Origin: Octopus sinensis
Taxonomy: Eukaryota
Direction: 5' to 3'
Length of the DNA stretch: 64,000 nt
NCBI RefSeq assembly: GCF_006345805.1
Contig: NC_043001.1
Coordinates: 14,508,001 to 14,572,000, forward strand
Shown piece by piece: positions 12,512 to 26,287 of this stretch (positions within the stretch are counted from its first letter, which is position 1; the number at the start of each line of letters is the position of its first letter). The translations under genes were made by a program, and so were the position numbers. The notes below the pieces were generated by a model, which was not told where the DNA came from, did not search any database, and saw only the letters and a program-made list of their open reading frames with translations.

Positions 12512-12878
12512 AATAATAATAATAATTGTGTACAGTGCTCAGGTGCACTACAACTCATTTAAAGTGTATATATAATCAGGTTTAGTTTCAGCGGATTTCG
12601 GAAAGCATGAGGGCCTTAAAGGATGCAGTGTCATGGCAGTCAACAACTGACGCAGGCAGTTTATTCCATGCTTCAGCAACTCTGAGCGTGAAAAAATGTT
12701 TCCGAAAGTCATGGGAGCTGTGTTGTTTTCTGACTTTGTAGGCATGTCCACGTGTGTTAGACACATGGAGATCAAAAAGGTGTTCAGTGTTGTTGTTGGT
12801 GAGGTGGTTGATAACCTTGTGGGTGATTACCAAGTCCGTCGCCAGACGCCGGAGCTTCAGTGAATCCATGCCGACAAG
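12512..12878 (-). mobile_element. CR1-clade LINE 3' fragment
   Basis: ORF 12588-12869 (LRRLATDL...TRGHAYK...RKHFFTLRVAEAWNKLPASVV) matches the CR1 ORF2 C-terminus; short 3'UTR and (TTA)n tail. Confidence 0.85.
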
Positions 12879-13547
12879 CTTCTTTCAGTTTCCATCTACC
12901 AGATCCACTCACAAGGCTTTGGTCAGCCTGAGGCTATAGAAGAAGACACTTGCTCAAGGTACCATGCCATGCAGCTGATTACAGTGGAATAGAATAAGAA
13001 ACAGTCTTTTAATCATAGCAGACTTCTGTCGTGTGGTTCGATAAAGTTGACATGTCATTTACATAGACTTTATAAGTCTTTCTGGAGGCATACTATGGCT
13101 GAATGGTTAACTATGAGGTGCTGGGTTCAATCCCAGTAAAGCACCTTGGAAAAAAAAATGTACTTTAGGTTGAACCCTGCCTTGTGAGTAAAAAATTAGG
13201 TTGATGGAAACTGCATAGAAGCCCTTTGAATGAATTATATTTGTAATTCGAAAGATCTAAGAATTCTGTTAAAGGTACACATGTCTATGAAATGCTCCAC
13301 AATTTACACATTAATTTATCATCATCATTACTATTATCTTTGGCATTGTTATCATCATCATCATTGTTTTAATGTCTGGATTTCTATGTTTGCATGGGAG
13401 AGAGAGGTCAAAAGATGATGATGGTAATGATGTTGGGAACCTTTGGGGATTTATTGATCAACCCCAATAAATCAGAAGAACTGTGATCCAAGATATTTCA
13501 GCTGTGATAAGATTGTCTCTTTGAATATCTAGAGCCACATAATCCAA

Positions 13548-13885
13548 TCATCATCATAATCGTTTAACATCTGTTTTCCATGCTAGCATGGGTTGGACAG
13601 TTCGACCAGGGTCTGGGAAGCCAGGAGGCTGCACCAGGCTCCAGTCTGATCTGGCAGTGTTTCTACAGCTGGATGCCCTTCCTAACGCCAACCACTCCTT
13701 GTGTGTAGTGGGTGCGTTTTACATGCCACTGGCACCGGTGTCAGGGGAGGCTGGCAACGGCCACAATCGGTTGGTGCTTTTTACGTGCCACTGGCACAGA
13801 AGCCAGTCAAGGCAGCACTGGCATTGGCCACGTTTGGATGGTGCTTTTTACGTGCCACCGGCAAAGGTATCACAACTACAATTTC
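13548..13885 (-). mobile_element. RTE-related 3' fragment
   Basis: Same terminal block and repeat units as 4381-4800. Confidence 0.75.
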
Positions 13886-14169
13886 CGGCACAATGTTTGT
13901 TTTTTTTGTTAGAATAGGATGTGATTTCTGACAGATTTGGTTTCTATTTCTAGCAAGTCATGCAACGACCAGGTCTCCCTTATTAGCTTCTCCTGTATAT
14001 ACAGCTGTTCTGTTATGAAGGAGACTCTTCTCATTTTCCTAAGAATACATCTGATATATTCCTCTTTCTTCATAACAAAAAAGACTGATTTAACCCTTTA
14101 CCTTTCAGATTATTCTCTCAGATTTATCACCTGTTTATTCACATTACATACCTTGTGGTCAGGCTGACC

Positions 14170-14505
14170 ATTGATGACCTTGAAACCAGATCCCTCCCCA
14201 CATCTCAATCTCCGGCCTCTCTCATCTTTAGGCCTGTCCACTCACAAATGTTGTTTCCCCACCTCTTTCCCTGTCGGCCACCTGTGGCTGTTCCCTGAAG
14301 GATTATTTTCGCCATCTCTGATGAGTGGGTGACATGCCCAAACTATGAGAGCTTACATTTCTTTACTGTGGTCAGAAGTTCCAAATAGGGGCCCCATTGC
14401 CTACCTTATTCTTCTCTCCCCTTCCTCATTCGCGACACAATCACTGTATGACATTCCCAAAAGTCTCCTGAGATACTGCATCTCTGTAGCCTGGATTCTT
14501 CTTTG
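14170..14505 (-). mobile_element. Decayed RTE-type LINE ORF end, different family
   Basis: Translates to RIQATEMQYLRRLLGMSY...VKKCKLS*FGHVTHSSEMAKIILQGT...EWTGL. Confidence 0.7.
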
Positions 14506-15322
14506 CTTTCAGTTAATAATGCTTTACCTTGTAGCTTTTAGATTTCAATGATGTGATTGTTTACTCCTTTACTTGTTTCACTCATTTGACTGCGGCCATG
14601 CTGGAGCACCGCCTTTAGTCGAGCAAATCAACCCCAGGACTTATTCTTTGTAAGCCTAGTACTTATTCTATTAGTCTCTTTTGCCGAACCGCTAAGTTAC
14701 GGGGATGTAAACACACCAGCATCGGTTGTCAAGCGATGTTGGGGGGGACAAACACAGACACACACTCACATATGTATACATATATATATATACATATACA
14801 TATACATATATATACATATACATATATATATATATGACGGGCTTCTTTCAGTTTCCGTCTACCAAATCCACTCACAAGGCTTTGGTTGGCCCAAGGCTAT
14901 ATTAGAAGACTCTTGCCCAAGGTGCCACGCAGTGGGACTGAACCCGGAACTATGTGGTTGGTAAGTAAGCTACTTACGACACAGCCACTCAGAATCACAT
15001 CGTAAAGTATCATAGATACGAGAGGCTAAACCTGGCTTGTTTGAATAAAAAAACAGGTAGACAATTATGCCATCTTTATGAAACTAGTTTACTTCTTGAT
15101 ATTCTCCCACTTTTTTTTAAGACATATTTTGTTCTGGTTAATATAAGAAATTGGTGAAGAATTACTGATTTATTAAATAACACTAAACAATAAGTAGCAG
15201 GCATAGCTGTGTTGCAACCATTGGTCCCGAGTTGAAGTTTTGGGTGCACCAATATCTCAGGAATGGAATTCAATAGATGTAAAATACACACAAGACTGTC
15301 TCTCAATCTGTCTATTCATGTA

Positions 15323-16797
15323 CCGTAAATCCTCGAGTATAGTCCGCCCTTGAGTGTAAATACGCAGGGGATTTTTAGGGGGCTGTACTTCTGAAAAACC
15401 TAATCCTTGTGTATAATACGCACCCTTTCACTCACTTGAGTCAAGGAGGTCTATATAACGTCCTTGGTTTGTAAAAATGTATACGGTAACATCCTATATT
15501 ATTATTGTATGTTATTATTGTATAACATAATGCAAACGTGTAGCATTTTGTCCATTTCGTTTGCAGAAAATAAAGAAATAACAGTAATAACGTTTAATAA
15601 ATGTTGCTTATTGCAAGTTATGGATGATTCTTTTATGACTTCATTGCTTTCAGGCTTAGCTTAAGGTATTTTCACGCCCGATATCACAAAATATCACATA
15701 ATTTGGGAGTCTTTGACTGTGAAACCTGGTTCTATTGACAAGAGAGGTCTGATATAAGGGAGATGACTTCTTGTCAATGACTTACCTTTATTTTGAAAAT
15801 CTAGGAAAGATACAGAAATTTAAAGTGCTTTGGGGGTAAAAGTCCCCTTTCTACCTCTCTCTTTCACTGATACACTGCCACAAAAAGATAGATTGCTATG
15901 TCTAGTATAACTAATCTAAAAATAATTTTCGTCTGACGATATATAAAACTTAATACAAGCTACTGTAGAGCATGTGCCAAATTCGTAATGTCAGTTTAGT
16001 AGTCATCAAAAAACACAAAAAACAACTAAATTTCTGCAACTGTTTTGCAAATATACCTAGTTTATACGTCTGGCTTCAAACCATTGAAGGGTATGTATAT
16101 ATATCAACACACAAAGAACAGCGTTTGGTGTGTCTGGCTGGTTTTCATTTTTGGCAGGAGAAATCAAGAAATCTTACAAATTTTCTCCACGGGGATCCAT
16201 TACAGCATTGCAACTCGATTTTCCTCATCGCAAAACTGTAAATAGCAACAATGATATGCCATCGTTATTTATGGTTCCTGTGCTCTTCTTGCAGAATCAA
16301 ACCACACCCAACTATATTTGTCTTTAGATATGGCACTTGGGTTTGTTTCCATGACGTTATTTCGCTCTGACATATCTAACGATATTTCTGGTATGCATTT
16401 ATAACAAACGGAATCACCAAGTGGCTGACAACTGTTGACTATCATCAAGATTATAGACTCGACTGCGGTTTCAGGGTGAAGAAAGAAAAACACCGAAATT
16501 GGTTTCTGTTTATTTTACTTCTTCCTATCTAACACTCTTTGTCTGCTCATACGACAATGATGGAGCCTCCATGTGGTTGCTTGATATGCTAGAAATAACA
16601 GTTATACATTCTCTAACCCTATAATATTCAAACAGGCTGCCATTTTGCGTCTGAATAAACATTTCCGGACAGCAAATAGAGACTCGGACATTGCTTAGAA
16701 AATAATTTTCATTTTTAACCTCGTATATAGTATGCACTGGGGATTTTGACCTTTAAATTTTGGGGAAAAAATGCAGATTATACTCGAGGATTTATGG
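15323..16797. mobile_element. 1.47-kb non-autonomous Tc1/mariner(pogo)-type DNA transposon
   Basis: TA|CCGTAAATCCTCGAGTATA ... TATACTCGAGGATTTATGG|TA inverted termini with TA duplication; no transposase ORF seen. Confidence 0.8.
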
Positions 16798-17450
16798 TAT
16801 ATGTGTTTATATGTGTGTATACATATAAGAAATTGAGATAGGCTTTGATGAAGCTATTAAGCAATATGCAGGTACTCAACTATGGACATTAAATGATGAT
16901 GGTCTGTATGGAAATATATATACATTTGTGTGTGTGCATGTGTATATATATATATATATATGCCCCAGCATGGCTACAGCTCATGAGCTGAAACTAGAAT
17001 CAATCAATCAATCATATATATCATCATCATCACACTGATGGCAGAGGCTTGATTTATCCACTGTTTATTTGCTTCCAATTATGGCCTGCATATTTTGGTG
17101 AACTACATCTGCCAACATTATGATGGATCTCTGAACCCCTAGAAACAGCTGTTGAACTTATAACACCTAATCTCTTCCTGTTTCATTTTCTGTCATTTGT
17201 ACTCTGTGTAAGTTTGATCTATTGAGGAATGTGTGTGTGGTAAGTAGCTTGCTTACCAACCACATGGTTCTGGGTTCGGTCCCACTGTGTGGCAACTCAG
17301 GCAAGTGTCTTCTACTATAGCCTCAGGCCGACTAAAGCCTTGTGAGTTGATTTGGTGGACAGAAACTGAAAAAAGCCCATCGTATATATATATACATATA
17401 TATATATGTGTGTGTGTGTCTCTGTGTTTGTACCCCCACATACACATATG

Positions 17451-17775
17451 TGAAGGTGCATGGCTTAGAGATTAGGGCATTCAGCTCGTGATCGTATGGT
17501 CATGAGTTCAATTCCTGGCAACATGTTGTGTCCTTGAGCAAGACACTTTATTTCATGTTGCTCCAGTCAACTCAGCTGGCAAAAATGAGTTGTACCTGTA
17601 TTTGAAAGGGCCAGCCTTGTCACACTCTGTGTCATGCTGAATCTCCCTAAGAACTACGTTAAGGGTACATGTGTCTGTGGAGTGCTCAGCCACTTACACG
17701 TTAATTTCACAAGCAAGCTGTTCCGTTGATCGTATCAGCTGGGGCCCCTGTTGTTGTAACCGATGGAGTGCTCCT
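17451..17775 (+). mobile_element. tRNA-derived SINE family D
   Basis: tRNA-like head (TGGCTTAG..., GAGTTCAATTC) then GTGTCCTTGAGCAAGACAC. Related copies at 33025-33330 and 31690-32003(-). Confidence 0.7.
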
Positions 17776-17778
17776 TTA

Positions 17779-17820
<42 letters not shown>

Positions 17821-18034
17821 TTCACATTGAATTCTACACATTTTGGATCACCTTGAAAATGTTGTGTCAACATATATTTTCAGATATATAAATTTGAACG
17901 ATATTTTCTGTATCAAAATATGTTGAAACAGCACGAATAATTGTTGGCATTGTATGGTGAATTCAACAATTAAAGATGCGGTTTTCTCTATCCATATTTT
18001 TGTTAGCAAATATTCTGAAATACAGTGTACGTTA

Positions 18035-18246
18035 AAACACATAAGAGGTATCCATCATAGGATTCCTTGCACGCTAGAAAGGACAGTTAAATTCCAAACC
18101 ACTATTAGGGATAAAGTTTCGAACGGAATAAAAATAATGTTTTTATTTTTTATTCCCTTCGAAACTTTATCCCTAATAGTGGTTTGGAATTTAACTGTCC
18201 TTTCTAGCGTGCAAGGAATCCTATGATGGATACCTCTTATGTGTTT
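18035..18246. repeat. Perfect 89-bp inverted repeat (long hairpin)
   Basis: 18035-18123 is the exact reverse complement of 18158-18246; the inner A/T segment extends the stem further. Confidence 0.95.
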
Positions 18247-18630
18247 AAATATACATCATCATCATCATTGTTCGACCGTGGTTGAGACTTTCATAGTCTT
18301 TTCAAATGGCTAATAATGTGTGCGCGTGCCACTACTACACACATTGGAACGCATTGTACAACCAAGTACTAAAGAAGATCTTTCCTCCTCCATGAAACAA
18401 AGCTGTTCCTGCTGGACGTCAACCCAGTATTTCTAAGCTATGGACCGAGTGATTTATTGTAAGGTTATCTCCCTAGATAGATTGCCTTCACTACGGCTAA
18501 GGAGCCCTTTCTACCCCATACATACACTGTATTTATATGAATAATATATAGGTCTATTGACTAAATTTTTTTTTACACGCTAGACCACTGGTAATGGAAA
18601 TTTCAAATATTTCTGATTACCCTTTGATAT

Positions 18631-18684
<54 letters not shown>

Positions 18685-18716
18685 TACATACATACATACA
18701 TACATACATACATACA

Positions 18717-18797
<81 letters not shown>

Positions 18798-19096
18798 GAG
18801 AGAGAGAGAGAGGTGATGTTATAAGAATTTTATGAAGTTTTGAGGGAGCCAGAAATAATTACTTTTTGCAATGGATCGCAGAGCGCACATAAAGCTATAC
18901 AGGTTTTTCAACTCAATATTTATATACTTTTATTTATAGCTTTTGATGTGCTTACAAGATCCATTCCAGAAAAGAAAAAAAATTATATAACAATAACATA
19001 GTTGTTATTATTATTTCAATATTTTTTTTCTTGTGCATATACATTGGAATAGAAAGGATTAAGTGGAAAAATACAAAAGCTGGTTTTGGTCAAAAC

Positions 19097-19102
19097 TTTA
19101 TT
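19097..19102 (-). promoter_or_regulatory. Candidate distal poly(A) signal (AATAAA) of the claudin-like gene
   Basis: Minus strand reads ttttcAATAAAgttttgaccaaaaccagcttttgtatttttcc, with a U/GU-rich downstream element, near the end of a SINE-free zone. An alternative AATAAA lies at 21438-21443. Confidence 0.35.
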
Positions 19103-19117
19103 GAAAACAAAAAAAAA

Positions 19118-19151
<34 letters not shown>

Positions 19152-19554
19152 GGAAAATTTAAGTAAATATACATGAAAAAATGGCAAAATACTGTTAGTT
19201 AAAAAAAGTAGGTCAAAATCAAATATATATTCATACTCATGTGCATATATATATATACATATATATACATACATATATATATACATACATATATATATAT
19301 ATACATACATATATATACACATATTTATGTGTATATATAAATGTGTATATATATGTACATTTGTATATAAATATACTTTTAGATACATATGTATATACAT
19401 ATATACTTGTAAATATAATTTTAGATACATATATAAACATATATGCATATATTTACATAAATATATATATATATATATATATATATGCAAATATATTAAC
19501 ATGTACATACGTGTATATATAAATTTACTTGCATAAAATGATAAATATATATTC

Positions 19555-19595
<41 letters not shown>

Positions 19596-21013
19596 CATCT
19601 GTATCTCCATAACTGTGCATACATACACACCCATGATTATATATATATTTATAAATTTCATACATTGCTGCCCCGATAAAGCTAATTCCTACCTTATAGT
19701 CTGCCAGTGAATCAGTGATTCCACATAATTGCACAGCATGAATTGACTTCTGTTTCAAAACCAGTTTGGTTGGTTCATACAGCCAAGCTCACCCAAACAG
19801 CACAGCAATATGTATACACACCCACACACATGTATATATATGCACTCGCATACATATAAAGCTATTACTACTAAACAGGTGACTATGTTCAAGCTTGACT
19901 TTTTTTTTTTTTTTTTTTTGTTTATGAAGGATTTCTGTTATTTCTTTATTAGCCCTTTATGTTTGGGTTTGAGCAATAATATTCCCTAATCCATTAACAT
20001 ATTGATGACGGGGAAACTTTTACAATCCTATTTTCAAAATAAAGTGCCATTAACAATAATATACATATATGTATATATATATGTGTATATATATATATAT
20101 GTATGTATATATGTGTATATGTATATGTGTGTATATATATGTGTATATGTATATGTGTGTATATATATATATATGTATATATGTAAATATATATATATGT
20201 ATATATATATGTGTGTATATATATATATATGTATATATGTAAATATATATATATGTATATATATATATGTATATATGTATGTATATATATATATGTATAT
20301 ATGTATGTATATATATATATGTATATATGTATGTATATATATATATGTATATATGTATGTATATATGTATGTATGTATATATGTATGTGTATATATGTAT
20401 GTATATATGTATGTATATGTATATATGTTTATGTATATGTGTATATATATGTGTATCTACATGTATATATATGTGTGTGTGTGTGTGTATTTTTGTACGT
20501 AGCCTAATGTATACAAGGAATGTTGTTATTCCAATTTAAAACATTAAGCATTATTATGAAAATATGGAAAAATAACAAATAAATCTGTGGTATGTCAGTC
20601 AGTAGCCTAATGGATACAGGAATATTGTTATTCCAGTCTAAAACGTTAAGGATTATTCTAAGAATATGGAAAATAACAAACAAAAACATCAAACTTGAAC
20701 ATAGTTGCATTTTTAATATGTTTTAAAGAAAAGCCATTCACTATTTCCATGAATAGGGGTGCACATACACATGCAATCAATATATATATATATGGCTATT
20801 TCTTAAAGCCGAAAAAATTCTTCGGAAACTACTCAGATTTTCATGTGATTGATCATCAGACAATTGCAAAAATACTGTCACAAACTGACTGACAAAAAGG
20901 TAAAGTGGAACTGAGTAAGAATTTGTGGAAAATTTTTTTCGGCTTTAATAAATAATATACTGTTCTACCTTTGGTATTTGAGCCCTATTCTCTTTTTGCA
21001 TCAATATGCTCGC

Positions 21014-21051
<38 letters not shown>

Positions 21052-24000
21052 GCACATACATTAATAGAAATATATATACCTAAATATATATGCATACACA
21101 CTTATGTGCATAAATGTGTACATGTGGATGCATATATATATATATATATATACATACACAGGCATGACCATATTCATGTAAACAAGGAAATAAAAAGAAT
21201 TTTTTAAAATTTAAAGAAAATGGAAAAATGAAAATCATATGGAAGACGGTACAAAAAAATTTTTTTCAAATCAAATTTTAAAAAAATTTCTAGACAGACT
21301 TTAAGAGAGAAAAAGGGGTGGGGAATGGGTGAACTGGGGACTTGAGTATTGTAATAAGCACAAATCACATATCATTACGGGACTTGACCACGCTGGCTAG
21401 TTGAGGTTGTCCAAAACATCTCTTTAATAAAGTCCACTTTATTGAGCTAAGTGAAAAAAATAAACTTTTAACAACAACTGTGACACAATTTTAATCTGAA
21501 CACAAAAGATTTTGTTTTTATTGAGAAAGTTTATTTCAAGTATAAAGTTTTATAGAGGCAAATTCATAAAGATGTTAGTTTGTGTGTGTTTATATGCATA
21601 TATATTTATATACATATATGTGTATATATATATATTTAGATATATGTATGGATATATATATACATACATATACAAGCACATAAATAATATGGACATATAT
21701 TTGTGAATCACAGTATATATTCATGGCAAATATGTATTTATGCAGATAAATTTCAACAAATCGCTTGCATAAATAAAATAGAGATATGGGACATGTAACC
21801 AATTCAAAAATTCAACTTTTTTCAAAAAATAATACCCAATATTCTACATGTTGAAAAGCTATGAATATGTTTTGGAGGTTGGGTACACAGCCCCGAATTC
21901 AGAAGCTGAAACTGGCAGTTTGTATTTGTAATATATATATATATAGTAATGTGTGTGTATATACATATACACACATACAAACACACGTGTGTGTATGTAA
22001 ACATACACAAGTAATAAATGATAAGGAAACAGAAATAACGTAATCAACTTCAAAAGCTTATAGCCGTGTTTGGCTCTGAAGAAGCTACATGATGTTGCAC
22101 AAACACTCAGTTCTGAGTGCACAGCTTTCCATAGTAGAAACGCCTGCAAGCTAATGAAGGTGACTATGAGACTCTTGTTCTCTTTCCATTCATTGATATT
22201 ATGCCTCGCACTTCATCTGAACCGTAAATTTATTGAGTTCTAACAACCACCTATCAATATCCATTATGCCTAAGTGCAAAGGCTACTAGTAATTTCATGT
22301 AACAATGAATTTCTTAATTACCAAGCATGCCACATGGGAACGTGTCCAATATTAGCATATTATCTGTCTATAGTTTTCGCAAAATATAATCTAAAGATTT
22401 TAAAAGTTATTAACTATACACATACATATACATACCTTTTCTGAGAATTCCAGCAATATATGTAGCCAAAAAGATCAAAGTGAGAAGAGTACACTGTTTG
22501 ACACTCATTCTCCCTCAGTAAAATATTATTATTATTATTATTATTAATGCTCCCTCCCCCCCACAAACCTGAATTAAAATAGAAAAATATGATGAGGTTA
22601 GACAAAAAAGGCTCAGTGCCAGCAAAAGTTTGACAAACAATAGAAGCTCTGATTTGTACATATTAATTAATGAGTCCATCATTAATTAATTAATTCATTA
22701 ATATATATATAATTTCAGGCAGTTTTGACATTATAGCATTTCCAGTTAAAAAAATTTGAGATTAAGAAAAAATGAATTCCACAACATTATTCAAAAAAAT
22801 GGAATTATATTAAAATCAGAAACTAGATTTATGAATAAAAATAGAAAATTGGCTTCATACATACTATATATATAAATATATATATATACACACACACACA
22901 TTACATATAAGTATACATGCTCACATACATGTGTATGTATGCATAACACATACATGCGTGTATGTACATACATGTATGCACACACACATGCACTGATAAC
23001 CCTGAAGAAGATTAAATTTTGGTAAATATAAAGGTATTTATGTTCCATTAAAATACATGTTTAACGAAGCTGCACAATGAAAACTGTTCTGGGTGGATAT
23101 ATTTAACGATGTTCGTCTTTTATTTTAAACCAGTTCCACAAAGTGTACAAGAGTAAACGATGCCAATAAACAAAGATTGTTTAGAGATTTTTTTTTTTTA
23201 ATATTTTTTTTTTATTATTAGTAACAGCAGTATTATAATGGTAATTTTGTTTTGTTTTTTTTTTCTTCCATATTTCATGCAAGTTAAATAATTTTTATTT
23301 CACATACAAAAGATTGGGTTTTTATTTTCTTTATAATTCTTGTCCAAAAGAAATAATGAATTAAAATGACATTAAAAAATTCATGGTAACTTAATTAGCA
23401 CGTTGAAATATATAATCTATAGTAATAATAATAATGTTCAGCTCATTGTAACAGCACACATAACAGGTACATAACACACACATATTTGTGTGTATATATA
23501 TATACACACACATACATACAACCCATATGTATATACACACAATGATATACATATACACATATATACAAACATACACCTACATACATATATAATATGTACA
23601 CGTATATACACAATATATACATGTATATACGCATATATAATATATATAGGCATATATATATACATATTCACACACATGTAAAAGTACATATATGTAGATT
23701 AACACATACATACATACATGTTTGGATGTGCAAACCTAAGTGAGTGGAGAGGCAAAAGAACCCAATCCATAAGGTTGAGTATATTCATTTGAAGCTGGTA
23801 ATTCACAGCCATTGCTACCAAAAGTTCCACACCATTTGCAATCCTTTTTATTGCTCAAAAGATTTCAGAAACAAATGGGAATTCTATGTAGCAACAGCAA
23901 ATACTCAACTTCAAACAAATATATATACACACACAAACATACATACATACATACATACACACGTGTGTGTGCATAACCCATATATACCAATGTATACATA

Positions 24001-24592
24001 CATCCACATACATACATACATCTCTTGATATAAAAGCCATAATAAGCTATATATGTAAGCTGAATTCTTGGGCTGTCAACCACTGAAATGTAGAGAGATC
24101 TACAAGACTGTACGATTCTTTGCTGCTATGTTGAAACAATCAAGTTACCACAAAGACTTCACGTTCTATGATTGAGCTTTCGGATGCATATTTTTGTTTG
24201 TTTTTCTTTGAGTAGGCGTTGTGAACCCAAAGTTGGTAGCAACAACTTTCTGACACCGGCTGATGAGGCTGGATTAAGTATCAGAGAGAAACATGGTACT
24301 TTCATGTATTTCAACAAAAAAATATATATATATATAAGTACAGAACAGAAGTGTATGATGGTCCAAAAATGGCAGCAGGCACATATACTGAGATTACCAA
24401 GGAGAGAGTTCAAGATGGATAAGAGAATAGAAAACAGAAGAGAAGGATGTAGGGTAGAATTCTCATGACCCCCCAAAAGGGTCAATAGCAGATATCAGAC
24501 TGGTACTGGTGATATATAAATGCTAGACAGTTTGTAGTTGATGGTTAAGATTTGTACCAAATCATGGTTCTGCTTCATTGAAGTTGGAGCCC

Positions 24593-24792
24593 TTAGATTG
24601 CGTTTGATGAATCGGAGCAGCTGACCCCGCAATAGAGTAGACTACTGAGGAGTGACATACCAGTGGCACCGACTGCAAGCCAGAAACTCCATCCAAAAGT
24701 GCTAGAGAACATGTTGTCTTTGGTTAGCGACACGTCGTACTGTGTGTGACACATGGCACCAAATGTACAAACAGCAGATAACAGGATCAAGA
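24593..24792 (-). CDS. Last coding exon of the same claudin/PMP-22-like gene (TM3, loop, TM4, stop)
   Basis: Acceptor tttgctctttcag|TCTTG joins in frame (T+TC=Phe). Encodes FLILLSAVCTFGAMCHTQYDVSLTKDNMFSSTFGWSFWLAVGATGMSLLSSLLYCGVSCSDSSNAI*; GWSFWLA is the classic motif before TM4. Confidence 0.9.
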
Positions 24793-24865
24793 CTGAAAGA
24801 GCAAAAAAGAAAAGAAGTTATTAATTGTTAGGGGATATATATCTCTATATATATATATAAAGAGA

Positions 24866-25263
24866 CTAGCAGTATCGCCCGGCATTGCTCGGGTTTGTAA
24901 GGGAAATAACTATATAAGCATTTTTAGAGATGTAAAGTATAATAGCCATCTCAATATGGCTAACCACAAAGGGAGGGGGTGTTACTGTAGCTTTTTACGT
25001 TCTGAGATTTAATAATAAAGTTTTAGAGAGTTACTTCCCTTATATATGCCAAAAATGCATTAAAAATGGGAAAAATTGATGGTAAATTTTCTTTTAAATC
25101 GTAGACTCATCGTAGACGCGCACTAATACCCAGAAGGGCTCGATATGAATCACGACTATAAGATACCCGGTTTTGGTTGAACTGCACCGCAAAATGTGGG
25201 AGTAGTTAGGAATCTAAATTGTAGGAGACAGACAGCACACAACCTTTCTTTTATATATAAAGA
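24866..25263 (-). mobile_element. Non-autonomous Helitron (intronic)
   Basis: 5' TCTTTATATATAAAAG; 3' hairpin CCCGAGCAATGCCGGG followed by CTAG; A|T insertion context. Confidence 0.75.
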
Positions 25264-25399
25264 TATATATATATTGAAAAAAATTGGTAATTTATGATGC
25301 ATAGACGCCAGAGAAATATGTCTTGTGTATCACGTGATCCACAGAACAGGCAAAGGGATATTAACGCTATGAACGACAATCAATCACAATAAAACGTTA

Positions 25400-25795
25400 T
25401 CTCAGTATATATAAAGCTGAAGTTGTCTGTGTGTGGCGGGTTTGGTAGCCTTCAACTAACACTATCTCCTCCGAGACACTGCAGCGCAAGTTGTCCAAAA
25501 TTGAGAGTATGATAGAAGAAGGCTTACTCTTCCTTCCGTAGAAGAAAAAATTCAAATCGGACCATGTTAACACCAAAAATTATTTACATCAAAAAGGTGC
25601 TTTTTTTTTTTCTATGAAAATCCCTATTTTTAACGATTTTTTTATTGCTATGTCGCCATTTTTGGGTTTATTTCAACTAGAAGAATGTTCACTTATAGAG
25701 AATAACAAGCTACATAATGCAAATTTTTTTCTTTTCAAAAATTCCAATTCTAAAGGGTCGAAACAAACCCGAGCAACGCCGGGCGATACTGCTAG
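25400..25795 (+). mobile_element. Non-autonomous Helitron, second subfamily (intronic)
   Basis: 5' TC...ATAAAGCTGAAG; 3' ACCCGAGCAACGCCGGGCGATACTGCTAG|T. Related copies at 52821-53210 (+) and 50079-50300 (-, truncated). Confidence 0.75.
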
Positions 25796-26287
25796 TTATC
25801 ATATAAAAGTGGGTAAATACTTTAGCATTTAGTATCCTCATCATCATTTAATGTCTGTTTTCCATGCTGGCATGGATTGGATGGTCTGACCAGAGCTGAC
25901 CAGTTGCACCAGGTTCCAGTCTGGAAGCCGTTCGTAATGCCAACCACTTTACAGTGTGTGCCGGGTGCTGTTAATGTGACACTACATGAGCATGTTCACA
26001 TGGCACCAGCACGAATGCCTTTCATGTGGCACTGGCACACCACTCTAGCAGACCAATCCTCTTTTATTCACATTGTCTTGAATAAATAGTTGCAAGATTT
26101 CTCTTTAGAATGACATTGTAAGGCAAGTACAAGAGGCTGGACCTGATCAGTTTTATACAAAACAAGTAGAATATTTATTTGAATCAGATCTCAATGAAAT
26201 TATAAATTGAAGCTGATCTTTAGTTAGCACTCCTGCAACTATCAGCTGAAAGGTTGTATATAACTATTTGGTTTACCTAGAAGAAAA

